A stretch of 64,000 nt of DNA from assembly GCA_050633305.1 (NCBI GenBank), contig JBOEGF010000022.1, forward strand, positions 1 to 64,000. Reading direction: 5' to 3'. Below, one piece after another: positions 12,011 through 20,992 of this stretch; position 1 is the first letter of the stretch, and each line of letters begins with the position of its first letter. The translations under genes were made by a program, and so were the position numbers. The notes under the pieces are model-generated. The model saw only the letters and a program-made list of their open reading frames with translations, did not search any database and was not told the origin of the DNA. The DNA is from Nannocystales bacterium (GTDB lineage Bacteria > Myxococcota_A > Polyangia > Nannocystales > Nannocystaceae).

Positions 12011-14557
12011 TCAGCCGAGCTCGTCCATGAGCTGGATCGCGAGTTCGCAGTAGGGGTTGAGTTCGAGTGCCCGCCCGAGGGCGGATCGTGCTTGGTCCGT
12101 GTCGCCGAGCGACTGATGCAGCGAGCCGCGGTATGCCCAGACGAGGTCGAGGCTTGGGTCCATCGACTCGGAGTACTCGAGAAGCTCGAACGCGTGCTGT
12201 GCGGTCTCCAGGTCCTGTCCAGCGGCCATGAACCGGGCAAACGCCAGCATGGCGTGGAGCTCGGCGACATCGAAGCCGTTGTCGTAGGCACTCTCCAACA
12301 GCGCGACGGCATCCGGGAACCGTCGTTCGGCGAGTGCGGTCTCCGCGTCGTTGAAGTGCATCGCCCCGACCATCTCGGGGTCCTGGCTGTCCTGGAACGT
12401 CGCTTCAGGCCCGGAGTAGCCCCCGGTTGGGCCGCTGCTCGGGCTGCTCGCGGGCCCGGAGGCTGAGAGCTCAACGTCGTCGAGGTCGTCAAGATCGACG
12501 AGGTTGTCGTCGTCTGCCGCGGGTTCGTCGAGGGCACCGTCCGGGTCGAGGTCGTCGAAGGCGAGGTCATCGTCGACCTCGAGTGCGTCGGCCTCACCGA
12601 GGTCGATGTCGTCGAGTTCCCCAAGGTCGTCCACGGGCAGCAGGTCGTCCAGGCCGTCGTCTGTCTCCGCGAGCAAGAGGTCGTCGTCGACGTCGAAATC
12701 CTCCGCCGATGCGCCGTCGTCCGAGCCGGCGCCGAGCTGTGCTGCCGGGTCGAGCGCAGGGCCAAAGTCGGCTTCCAGATCAGGCTCGAGTTCGAGTTCG
12801 GGTTCGGGCTCGGGGTCGAGGGGTCGAGGGGTCGCGAGGTCGCGATTGACCGCCATCGGAGGCAGCGGGTCCGCCCGCGTCGCGCCGGGGTCCTCATCGG
12901 CCAGGTCCATCAGCGGCGGCTCGGTGGGCTCCGCCTCCGCGGATTCGGGCTCGCCGAGTTCCGGCTCTTCGAGTTCGTCGAGTTCGTCGAGTTCGAGAAT
13001 CTCGTCGCTGTCGTCGACTGCGGGAGCCGGGGCTTCGGGCTCGGCAGTCAGCTCCGGAGGAGGTTCCGGGGCGGGCTCCGCGTCCAGGACCGGCGGTTCG
13101 GGCTCGGGTTCCAACTCCAGCTCGGGCTCGGGCTCGGGTTCCAGCTCGGGTTCGATGTCGATGTCCGGGTCCAGGTTGAGGTCGGGTTCCAGGTCCGGCT
13201 CGAGCTCGAGCTCCGTGTCGATGTCGATTTCGGGCTCGAGTGGGGGCTCAGGCTCCACCAGTGCTTCGGGCTGCACGGGTTCGGGCTGAGGGTCTGGTTC
13301 CGGCTCCATCTCGAGGTCGTCGAGGTCGTCGAGGTCGAGGCCCTCGAGCGGATCGACGAGACCATCGTCGTCGTCTTCCGGCGCGGTCTGGGCCGCAGCG
13401 GGGGTGGATCCCGCCTCGTCCACGTCTCCCTCGTCCGGCGGCGGCTCGGCGAGGGAAGCCCCCGAAACCTCCTCTTGGAGCTCCGAGTCATCGAACGTCT
13501 CCTCGACTTGGTCGGGTTCGGCAGCGATGAGGTCCTCAGAGATCTGAGAGCCTTGCGAGGGCTGGGGCGTGACGGCGCTCGGCGTGCCGAGGTCGGCAGG
13601 CAGGGGCCCGACGCTCGTGCTCGTCTCCAACGCCTCGACGTCGGCGAAGTCGTCCTCGTGGTCCCCGAGCAGCGCCCGCATCTGCGGGAGTTCGCCGGGC
13701 AAGGGCGTGTCCTCGTACTCGGTGATGACGTTGTGGGGGTCGAAGCCGGGGGTGAGGGTCTCGTCATCGGGACGAGCGTCAAAGTTGGGCTTGGCCGGTC
13801 GTGGGCGGCTCTCCAAGGAGGTGCTCGAGAGGTCAGCAACCCCGGCTTGAACCAAGCCGTAGACCAACGCATGTGGGTTCGGCACGCCCTGCGCGAGTTC
13901 GTCCCGGACGCACTGGGCGACCGTTCGAGAGCCGTCGATGCACTCGACGAAGTAACGCTCCTCGCCGAGTAGATCCAACTCTGCGACATCCAGCGGTGCG
14001 TCTTCGCCGTAGACGAGATACTCGCCCATGGAGGATTCGAGCAGCTTTTCGGCGCGCGACTCGTTGTACCGGTCGAGGATGGCGCCAATGATGACCGCCT
14101 CGGGCCGTGCGTCGAGTCGGACCCCAGACCCATTGGTCGCGGTGTCTGACTTGAACTGGTAGCGCCCGTCGTCCCACGCAAAGATGTCGTAGAGCTTGGT
14201 GCGGAGCTGAGCGGCCAACCCGTATCGCAGGTTGCCCTCGGAGAGGATGCCCATCTCCACGAGGAGCTCGCCCTGCTTCTTCCCGGTGCGCCGGATGGCC
14301 TCGAGCGTCTGCTCGCACTGCTCCTGGGTGATCAGTCCCTCCGAGGAGAGGACCTGTCCCAAACACTCCGAGAGGACGTTGCTGCGAACGAAGACCGGCT
14401 GGCCCTCCTCGAAGAACACGACCTTCTTGGTCTGGCCGCTGAGCAGGTACAAGCTGCCCGTGACCTTGCCGCGCGCTATCTCTCGGACCAGCTTCGGGAA
14501 TGCGAAGCGGCGGAGGGCGCCTTTCGGCGGGAACGCGAGAGCGGGTTCGGTGTCCAT
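12011..14557 (-). CDS. DUF4388 (PatA-N-like) domain + very long acidic/Pro linker + C-terminal TPR protein
   Basis: N-terminus KGALRRFAFPKL...TGSLYL..GQTKKVVFFEEGQP...LGQVL..EGLIT...GELLVEMG...DIFAWDDGRYQF. About 400 aa of D/E/P/L-rich sequence. TPRs end in ARSALGRALELNP. Confidence 0.85.
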   Translation of the reverse strand: MDTEPALAFPPKGALRRFAFPKLVREIARGKVTGSLYLLSGQTKKVVFFEEGQPVFVRSNVLSECLGQVLSSEGLITQEQCEQTLEAIRRTGKKQGELLVEMGILSEGNLRYGLAAQLRTKLYDIFAWDDGRYQFKSDTATNGSGVRLDARPEAVIIGAILDRYNESRAEKLLESSMGEYLVYGEDAPLDVAELDLLGEERYFVECIDGSRTVAQCVRDELAQGVPNPHALVYGLVQAGVADLSSTSLESRPRPAKPNFDARPDDETLTPGFDPHNVITEYEDTPLPGELPQMRALLGDHEDDFADVEALETSTSVGPLPADLGTPSAVTPQPSQGSQISEDLIAAEPDQVEETFDDSELQEEVSGASLAEPPPDEGDVDEAGSTPAAAQTAPEDDDDGLVDPLEGLDLDDLDDLEMEPEPDPQPEPVQPEALVEPEPPLEPEIDIDTELELEPDLEPDLNLDPDIDIEPELEPEPEPELELEPEPEPPVLDAEPAPEPPPELTAEPEAPAPAVDDSDEILELDELDELEEPELGEPESAEAEPTEPPLMDLADEDPGATRADPLPPMAVNRDLATPRPLDPEPEPELELEPDLEADFGPALDPAAQLGAGSDDGASAEDFDVDDDLLLAETDDGLDDLLPVDDLGELDDIDLGEADALEVDDDLAFDDLDPDGALDEPAADDDNLVDLDDLDDVELSASGPASSPSSGPTGGYSGPEATFQDSQDPEMVGAMHFNDAETALAERRFPDAVALLESAYDNGFDVAELHAMLAFARFMAAGQDLETAQHAFELLEYSESMDPSLDLVWAYRGSLHQSLGDTDQARSALGRALELNPYCELAIQLMDELG

Positions 14558-14569
14558 GAAATCGGCTAG

Positions 14570-17557
14570 TTACCCCTCGAGGTGCTCATCAAAGGCCGTG
14601 CGCACCTCTTGTGTGCTCGCGTGAAATCGCGCGAGCAGGTCGTCCGGCCCAGGCAGGCCCATCCTACGCGCAAGCGTGCGGAGTCGGGGAGAGTTTTGCG
14701 CGAATCGGTCGGGATCCGAACCCGCCGCAGGGGGGCTCATCCGCAGCCGGTTGAGCAGCCTGCGCTGAAAACGGTAGGCCGCGCGAAGTGCACTCGCCTG
14801 GTCCCCGCCCAGGATTTCCGCCTGCTCCAACGCGTCGAGTTGGGCGATCGCGCCTCGTGCGGGTCGGTGGCGCTGTTTTGCCGCGAGTTCGAGGCTCAGC
14901 GCGCCGCACAACAGCTCGAGCTCGAGGCTGGCGCCACGACCGGTCTTGGCGTTGCGAACCGAGCCGTCGCGGGGCTCTCGGGCGATCTCGCGTTCGATAC
15001 GGACCTTGAGGGATCGGACGTCTCGGGCCAACACGTCGCGGGTGACCGGCTGCGTCAGGGTTCCCGCCACGACTTGGCCGACGGCGTCGCACAAACCGCC
15101 GGGGATCGCAGCAGCCATCGTCTGACCGGTCTCCACACTCGGGGCCAGGGGTGCTTGGTGTTGCGGGTGGACGACGGCTTCGGCAATCGGGCGCAGGGGC
15201 AACAACGCGAGTCGTTCCCAGGCGGGAAGAGCCTTCGCGTGGTAGCGCGAGAATCCCTCGAGGGAAGAGACGAGCAGCCCTTGTCTGCCCGAGGGTCGCA
15301 GCCGCATGTCGACCTCGTACAGCCGCACCCCGAATCGACGCTCGGTGAGCCGAGCCAGCAGTCGCTGTCCTACCCGAATCGCCTCGCGCTGGGAGACCGG
15401 TCCGTCGAAAACGAAGATCAGATCGAGGTCGGAGCCGTAGTCCATGCCCCGCGCTCCGTACTTGCCTGCTGCAAACACGCCCAGTCGCAGACCGTGAGTG
15501 GCGGGCCGCTCATGTGCAATCTCCGCGACGACATCGCGCAGGACGAGGCGGACGCAAAGGTCGGCGAGGGAGGAAAGGGCTCGCCCGACATCGAGCGCGT
15601 CGGGTTGTTGCCCGAGGTCGAACAACGCGATGGCGACGCGCTGCTTCTCCATGAACCGCCGGATGGTCGCATCGAATCCGCGCGGATCTGGGGTCATGGC
15701 CTGGGCGTCCTCGGCGAGAGATTCGGGGTTGGGGAGCTTGGCCAAGCTTGCGCCCATCAGCAGCCCGATGCTGTCGTCGGCTGCGGTGTCGGAGGTCTGC
15801 GGCAAGCCGACCAGGCCACGGGAGAGGGCTGCCGAGGTTCCGAAGAGTTCGGCGGTCAGGCGCACCACGTCGCGTCCCACCTCGCCGGGTGCGGACAGAA
15901 AACGCCAGACCTCGTAGTGGGCCGGGCGGCGACTCGAGAACTCGACCAGCCGGGCGATCGCGCCGTCGGGATCGGCCGAGTCCAGGCACGCGAGCAGCAG
16001 CGCTTCGAACCCTTGCCGAGCCGCACTCCGGCTGACCCATGCCCCATCGCTGCGCGAAGCCAAGTGTTGCAGCAACGCTTCGACCTCTGCGTGGTCGCGG
16101 ATCCCCAGTCGTTTCAGTGCACCCTGCCGCACGGTGCTCGGGGCGCCTAGATCGAGGACGACGTCACGGTCGGTGCGCCGCGGATCGCTGCCTTCGGGTG
16201 CGAGCGGTGGGGCGATGCTGGCCGCGACGGCGGATGCGATCTGCCGGGAGAGCCCGAGTGCTTCGAGAAACCCGGAGGCGTCGTCGGGGTAGGGGCCGTC
16301 AGGGGCCGCGAGCCTGCGCGCGAGCAGAGACAGGGCCTCGGGGGTCTCGGGCAGGGAGTGCGTGTGGGCGCCGTCGGTGAGCTGGAGGCGATGCTCGACC
16401 CGTCGTAGCTCTCGGTAGGCGCGCTCGAGTTCGCGGTGCTCACGGTCGCTGAGAAGCCCCGCCGCGAAACACCGGTCCAGGGCGGAGAGGGTGCTGGTCG
16501 TGCGCAGCGTGGGGTCGCGACCTCCGTGCAGGAGCTGAAGGGCCTGCACCGAGAACTCGACCGTGCGGATGCCGCCCTCATCGAGTTTGATGTCGGTGGA
16601 GCGAGGACCCCCTCGACGGCGGGCCCGGTGCATGAGCTCTGCGATCTCGTCGAAGATCGCCGGGGTCACGCTGCGCCGGAACACGAACGGACGAAGAAAC
16701 GCGAGCAGCGAGGCGGACAGCTGAGGGTTCCCGCCGACGTGGCGTGCCCGCAGCCAGACTTGACGCTCCCACGCTCGGCCGTGCCGCTCGTAGTACGCCT
16801 CCGTGGCCGAGCTGGAGAGCGACAAGGCTCCTCGTGCACCGAACGGCCGGAGGCGAAGATCGACGCGAAACACGGGCCGGAACCGTCCTTCGCCTTCGAG
16901 CAGGCGGACGACCTTGCGCAAGGCGTCGTGCAGCGCGACCGTCTCTTTGCGTCCCGATGGCCCGGACCCCACGGCGTCGCCGTGCAGGAACACCAGGTCG
17001 ATGTCGCTGAGAAAGTTGAGCTCGCTGCCGCCGAGCTTGCCCATCCCGAACACGGCCACCCGCTCCTCGATGCCGTGCTCTCGTAAGGCCGCTTCGACGC
17101 AGGCCTCTGCGAGATGGCTGAGCGCTCCACCGACGGATTCGAGAGGTTCTCCTTCGACCTCGGCCCGGCACAGCCGCAGATACTCGCGGGTTCGGACGCG
17201 CCCCAGCGCCGTCGCAAGCCCGAAACGACCGCGTTCTTGTTCGATGAGCTCGAGCAGTCCCGCCCGGCCTGGGGCCTCGGTTGGCGTGTCGTCGAGGACG
17301 TCCTGGGCCTCGGGCAAGATCGTGAGCAGCCGGGCTGGGTAACTGCCTTGGTGGAGCAGCTGGGCGAGTGCTGGCCCAAATGCGGCCGAGGGCACGGTGT
17401 CGTGCAGGCTGGAACACCGCGCGATCGCCTCGTCGGGGCACGGCCCTTCGCGCAGCGCTTCGAGGCCAGCACGGACCCGCGATGACGCTCCCGCAAGAGC
17501 GGTCGACACGGCCCCGCGGGCCAAGGCCTCGAGGCGTTCGTGGAACGAAGGATCCAC
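14570..17557 (-). CDS. glnE: Bifunctional glutamine synthetase adenylyltransferase/adenylyl-removing enzyme
   Basis: Two nucleotidyltransferase repeats: GMGKLGGSELNFLSDIDLVF / FRVDLRLRPFG / DIKLDEGGIRTVEF and GKYGARGMDYGSDLDLIF / YEVDMRLRPSGRQG. Confidence 0.93.
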   Translation of the reverse strand: MDPSFHERLEALARGAVSTALAGASSRVRAGLEALREGPCPDEAIARCSSLHDTVPSAAFGPALAQLLHQGSYPARLLTILPEAQDVLDDTPTEAPGRAGLLELIEQERGRFGLATALGRVRTREYLRLCRAEVEGEPLESVGGALSHLAEACVEAALREHGIEERVAVFGMGKLGGSELNFLSDIDLVFLHGDAVGSGPSGRKETVALHDALRKVVRLLEGEGRFRPVFRVDLRLRPFGARGALSLSSSATEAYYERHGRAWERQVWLRARHVGGNPQLSASLLAFLRPFVFRRSVTPAIFDEIAELMHRARRRGGPRSTDIKLDEGGIRTVEFSVQALQLLHGGRDPTLRTTSTLSALDRCFAAGLLSDREHRELERAYRELRRVEHRLQLTDGAHTHSLPETPEALSLLARRLAAPDGPYPDDASGFLEALGLSRQIASAVAASIAPPLAPEGSDPRRTDRDVVLDLGAPSTVRQGALKRLGIRDHAEVEALLQHLASRSDGAWVSRSAARQGFEALLLACLDSADPDGAIARLVEFSSRRPAHYEVWRFLSAPGEVGRDVVRLTAELFGTSAALSRGLVGLPQTSDTAADDSIGLLMGASLAKLPNPESLAEDAQAMTPDPRGFDATIRRFMEKQRVAIALFDLGQQPDALDVGRALSSLADLCVRLVLRDVVAEIAHERPATHGLRLGVFAAGKYGARGMDYGSDLDLIFVFDGPVSQREAIRVGQRLLARLTERRFGVRLYEVDMRLRPSGRQGLLVSSLEGFSRYHAKALPAWERLALLPLRPIAEAVVHPQHQAPLAPSVETGQTMAAAIPGGLCDAVGQVVAGTLTQPVTRDVLARDVRSLKVRIEREIAREPRDGSVRNAKTGRGASLELELLCGALSLELAAKQRHRPARGAIAQLDALEQAEILGGDQASALRAAYRFQRRLLNRLRMSPPAAGSDPDRFAQNSPRLRTLARRMGLPGPDDLLARFHASTQEVRTAFDEHLEG

Positions 17558-17601
17558 CGAAGCGCCTTACCATCGCCTGGCGGCGCGCGGTAGGGTAGGG
17601 C

Positions 17602-18351
17602 ATGGCACAACGCGTCGCCGTCATCCTCGCCGCGGGCAAGGGGACTCGGATGAAGTCTGACCTCGCCAAGGTGTTGCACCCGTTCCTCGGCAGGCCACTG
17701 GTGACCTACCCGGTCCGTGCAGCGCTCGACGCCGGAGCGGAGCGGATTGTTGTCGTGACCGGCCATCAAGAGTCGGCTGTGCAACAGGCGGTTTTGTCGA
17801 CACAGGGGCTCGCTCCCGAGACCGTGCGGTTCGCCCACCAAGCGCAGCAGAACGGAACCGGGCATGCGGTCCTCTCGGCGCTCTCGGAGGTGCCCAACGA
17901 CCCTTCGCAGGTCTGGATCCTCAGCGGCGACACGCCCATGGTGCAGCCCGCAACGCTCGAAGCCGTCGCAACATCGGCGCGGGACTCGGGGGCAGGGCTG
18001 TGCATTACGAGCCTGCATGCTGAGGGACCGACCGGCTACGGGCGGATTCTTCGGGACGATCGCGGGCGGCCGCGCTGCATTCGCGAGGAGAGGGACTGCA
18101 CCGAGGAGGAAGCCGGGGTGACCGAATGCAACGCGGGCCTGTACTGCGCGAGAGCGTCGGACCTACACAGCGAGCTTCGGACCTTGGGCAGTGCCAACGC
18201 GCAGGGGGAGATCTATCTGACCGACCTCGTCGAGGTCCGGGCGCGACATGGGGAGGTCGCTGTATTCGCGATGGATCCGATCGAAGCCTCGGGCATCAAC
18301 ACGCCGCAGCAGCTCGAAGCCCTCGAGCGCGAGGCGCGGGCGCCCCGGTGA
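17602..18351 (+). CDS. glmU: Stand-alone GlmU-type N-acetylglucosamine-1-P uridyltransferase domain (no acetyltransferase domain)
   Basis: VILAAGKGTRMKSDLAKVLH; QQNGTGHAV; SGDTP; GYGRILR; ECNAGLY; NAQGEIYLTD; GINTPQQL then stop. Confidence 0.85.
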   Translation: MAQRVAVILAAGKGTRMKSDLAKVLHPFLGRPLVTYPVRAALDAGAERIVVVTGHQESAVQQAVLSTQGLAPETVRFAHQAQQNGTGHAVLSALSEVPNDPSQVWILSGDTPMVQPATLEAVATSARDSGAGLCITSLHAEGPTGYGRILRDDRGRPRCIREERDCTEEEAGVTECNAGLYCARASDLHSELRTLGSANAQGEIYLTDLVEVRARHGEVAVFAMDPIEASGINTPQQLEALEREARAPR

Positions 18352-18361
18352 GCGTGTGAGC

Positions 18362-18751
18362 TCAGGACTGTGACGACCCGGAGGTGAGCGCCTCTTCCAC
18401 GGCGACCCGGAGCTCACCGATGTCGAACGGCTTTTCCACGAACGACACGCAGCCTGCGTCGAGCGCGAGCTTTCGCTCCTGCTTCATCACGCTCGCACTG
18501 ATCGCGATGAACGGGATGGCGGCAAACGCCGGGATCGCCTTGATCCGGCGCACAACCTCGAAACCGTCGATCCCGGGGAGATCGAGGTCCAGAAGCACGA
18601 GGTCGGGAGGGTCGTTCTGGATGCAGACCAGCCCCTCCTCGCCCGTAGCGGCGCCTTCGACCTCGTGGCCGATGTGAGCCAGGACTTTCGTGACCAGCGC
18701 GAGGTTGGCCACATTGTCCTCGATGTACACGACTCGGCGCGGCATCGACAT
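18362..18751 (-). CDS. Single-domain response regulator (DivK-like)
   Basis: YIEDN; PPDLVLLDLDLPGIDGFE; IAISAS; AGCVSFVEKPF. Confidence 0.92.
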   Translation of the reverse strand: MSMPRRVVYIEDNVANLALVTKVLAHIGHEVEGAATGEEGLVCIQNDPPDLVLLDLDLPGIDGFEVVRRIKAIPAFAAIPFIAISASVMKQERKLALDAGCVSFVEKPFDIGELRVAVEEALTSGSSQS

Positions 18752-18809
18752 GACGTGGAGCATAGTACAAGCGCGGCGCGGGGTGAGTCGTCGGGTACAC
18801 TGACCCCCC

Positions 18810-20348
18810 GTGCGCGCGCGTGTTCGATTGCGGCGCTTGGCCGCTGCCGGGACTGTGGCCCTCCTGAGTGGTCTGGTGACCTGGGGGGCCTCGGTCCGCG
18901 CACACGCGGCGCCTCCGGGTGCTCAGCCGGCGACCCGCTCAGGAGGCCCGCCGGCCAAGCAGGGGACCCCCGAGGAGCCAGAGGACGACGGCTCTCGCGT
19001 CATCTTACTGCGCCGCGTTGAGGTTCGCGGGCTGCAACACGTCTCGCGGCGGCAGGTCGACGAGACGTTGGGGCGCGAAGGCCTCGTGGAAGGATCGGAG
19101 CTACTTTGGCCGGAGGACTCGCGGGTCCGGCGAACGCGGCAGCGGCTACGCGCCACCGGGTACTTCAAGTCCGTGACACTGAGCCTCGAGCCGATCGAGG
19201 GATCGGAGTCCGCCGCGGCCTTGGTGGTCGAGGTGCAGGAGCGTTCGACGGTCTCGCTGGACCGCATCTACCTGGGCTCATCTGACCTCACACCGTTCCG
19301 TGGCGGCGTCGCCGTGACCGAGCGGAACTTCGCCGGACGGGGGGTCCTGCTCGGGGGCTCGTTCGTTTGGGGGTCTGTTCCGACGGTCCCGCGCGGCCGA
19401 CGACAGCAGGCCTACACGGTGTTTGCAGAGGCCCCGCAGCTTTCTGACGCGCCCATCGGTGTGCTTGGCGGCGCCTTTGTGATCTCCGCAGGCGAGCCGT
19501 ACCGGGTTCGCGGGCCGCAGACGTCTGCATCACCGTCCAACTTTCGGACGTTCGACTACACGCGGGCGGGGGGGTTGTTCGGGGTCACGTTCCCCGTTCA
19601 GACGCATCTGCGCCTCGGGCTCGACTATCGTTTCGAGCGTATCGACGCGCTGCTGCCGACCGAGCCGGCGTATCGCGACCCGTTGGGAGTCACGACACCG
19701 GTCGACCTCGACGTCCGCGGCGGGACCCACCGGCTCACCGTGGCGACCGTCTCGTTGGCGTACGACGGCCGCCAGCAAAGCTTCCTCACCGGAAAAGGGG
19801 CCCAGGTCGGCGTCGACGTCCAGCTCTCGTCGCCCGGTTTGGGGTCTCAGTATGAGTACGCCAAGCTGATCGCGGTTGGGGCCTACACGATCCGTCTTCC
19901 GTGGCGCCACTGGCTCACCCCGCGGGCCCAGGCCGGTCAGATCCTCGGGGATGCGCCGCGGTTCGAGCAGTTCTACGCGGGTGACCTATCCACCTGGACG
20001 CCGGGACGTGAGGAGAGCCTGCGGTTCTCGACACGGAACCCCATCGACGTGTTCGGTACCGGGATCGACACCCGCACCTTCGGCACGATGTCCGCCCGGC
20101 TCGACCTCGAGTACGTGTGGCCGGTGTTCCGGCGGACCCGGAATCGAAGCGTCTACGGAGGGGACCTGTTTTGCTCTGTGGGTGTCTTCACCCTGGTCGA
20201 AGACACGGAAGGACGGGCGCGTCGCCGGGAAGCCCGTGAACGCGTCGCGCCAACCGGGTTCAATGCCGACCTTGGACTACGGCTGGACACGGCACTGGGG
20301 ACCGTCAAGATCACCGTTGGCAACGTTCTTCGGAGGACTCCGCTGTGA
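18810..20348 (+). CDS. Omp85/BamA-TamA family outer-membrane protein (one POTRA + beta-barrel)
   Basis: Signal peptide; POTRA-like VEVRGLQHVS...LRATGYFKSV...VEVQER; TERNFAGRG barrel entry; C-terminal GLRLDTALGTVKITVG. Confidence 0.85.
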   Translation: MRARVRLRRLAAAGTVALLSGLVTWGASVRAHAAPPGAQPATRSGGPPAKQGTPEEPEDDGSRVILLRRVEVRGLQHVSRRQVDETLGREGLVEGSELLWPEDSRVRRTRQRLRATGYFKSVTLSLEPIEGSESAAALVVEVQERSTVSLDRIYLGSSDLTPFRGGVAVTERNFAGRGVLLGGSFVWGSVPTVPRGRRQQAYTVFAEAPQLSDAPIGVLGGAFVISAGEPYRVRGPQTSASPSNFRTFDYTRAGGLFGVTFPVQTHLRLGLDYRFERIDALLPTEPAYRDPLGVTTPVDLDVRGGTHRLTVATVSLAYDGRQQSFLTGKGAQVGVDVQLSSPGLGSQYEYAKLIAVGAYTIRLPWRHWLTPRAQAGQILGDAPRFEQFYAGDLSTWTPGREESLRFSTRNPIDVFGTGIDTRTFGTMSARLDLEYVWPVFRRTRNRSVYGGDLFCSVGVFTLVEDTEGRARRREARERVAPTGFNADLGLRLDTALGTVKITVGNVLRRTPL

Positions 20349-20989
20349 AGCGGCGCGAACTCTTCGCGGGGCTGCTCGCTGTCCCGGCGATGCCGATTGT
20401 GGCGATGGCCAGGCCTGAGGCTCTCACGACACGCAAGGCTGTGTTCGAAGAGGTGGGCGAGGACGTCCGCATGACGATCGACCTGCCTTCGCTCATTCGG
20501 TCCCGCGATACCGACGCGCTCAAGTCGATCGACTCCAGCTTTGACACGACCCTGCGCTACTCGATGCGGGTGTGGGAATACGGCACGCGCGAGATGGTGA
20601 CCTCGCGGGTGGTCGTGGTGAAGATTCGACGCGACCCGTGGAAAAAACGCTACGTCGTGAGTCGGCGAGGCGAGTCGGGCTGGACCAAGCGTTTCTTCGA
20701 AAAACGGGATGCGGCCGTCACTGCGGCCACTTCGTTGGCCCGCCAGAAGATCGCAAGCGTCGGGCAGCTCGAGCGCAGCGAGGAGGGCGGTCCGTACTAC
20801 TTTGTCGAGCTTCTCGCGCTTCGCAACCCGATCGATGATCCCGCTGACAAGGACGCTCGCGCTCAGGGCCGAGGCGGCGGACGCGACCTGGAATGGTTCT
20901 CGCGCCTGGTCGATACCCTCGCCGGCGAGCGTGCTCGAGCCGAGAAGGTCGTGCACATCCGGACCAACCCCTTCTACCTGGTGCCGTGA
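20345..20989 (+). CDS. DUF4390-like exported protein
   Basis: Signal peptide (KRRELF...); ALKSIDSSFDTTLRY...IRRDPWKKRYVV pattern. Sits immediately upstream of an NtrY-like kinase, the usual DUF4390 context. GTGA overlap with the upstream stop. Confidence 0.65.
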   Translation: MKRRELFAGLLAVPAMPIVAMARPEALTTRKAVFEEVGEDVRMTIDLPSLIRSRDTDALKSIDSSFDTTLRYSMRVWEYGTREMVTSRVVVVKIRRDPWKKRYVVSRRGESGWTKRFFEKRDAAVTAATSLARQKIASVGQLERSEEGGPYYFVELLALRNPIDDPADKDARAQGRGGGRDLEWFSRLVDTLAGERARAEKVVHIRTNPFYLVP

Positions 20990-20992
20990 GCG

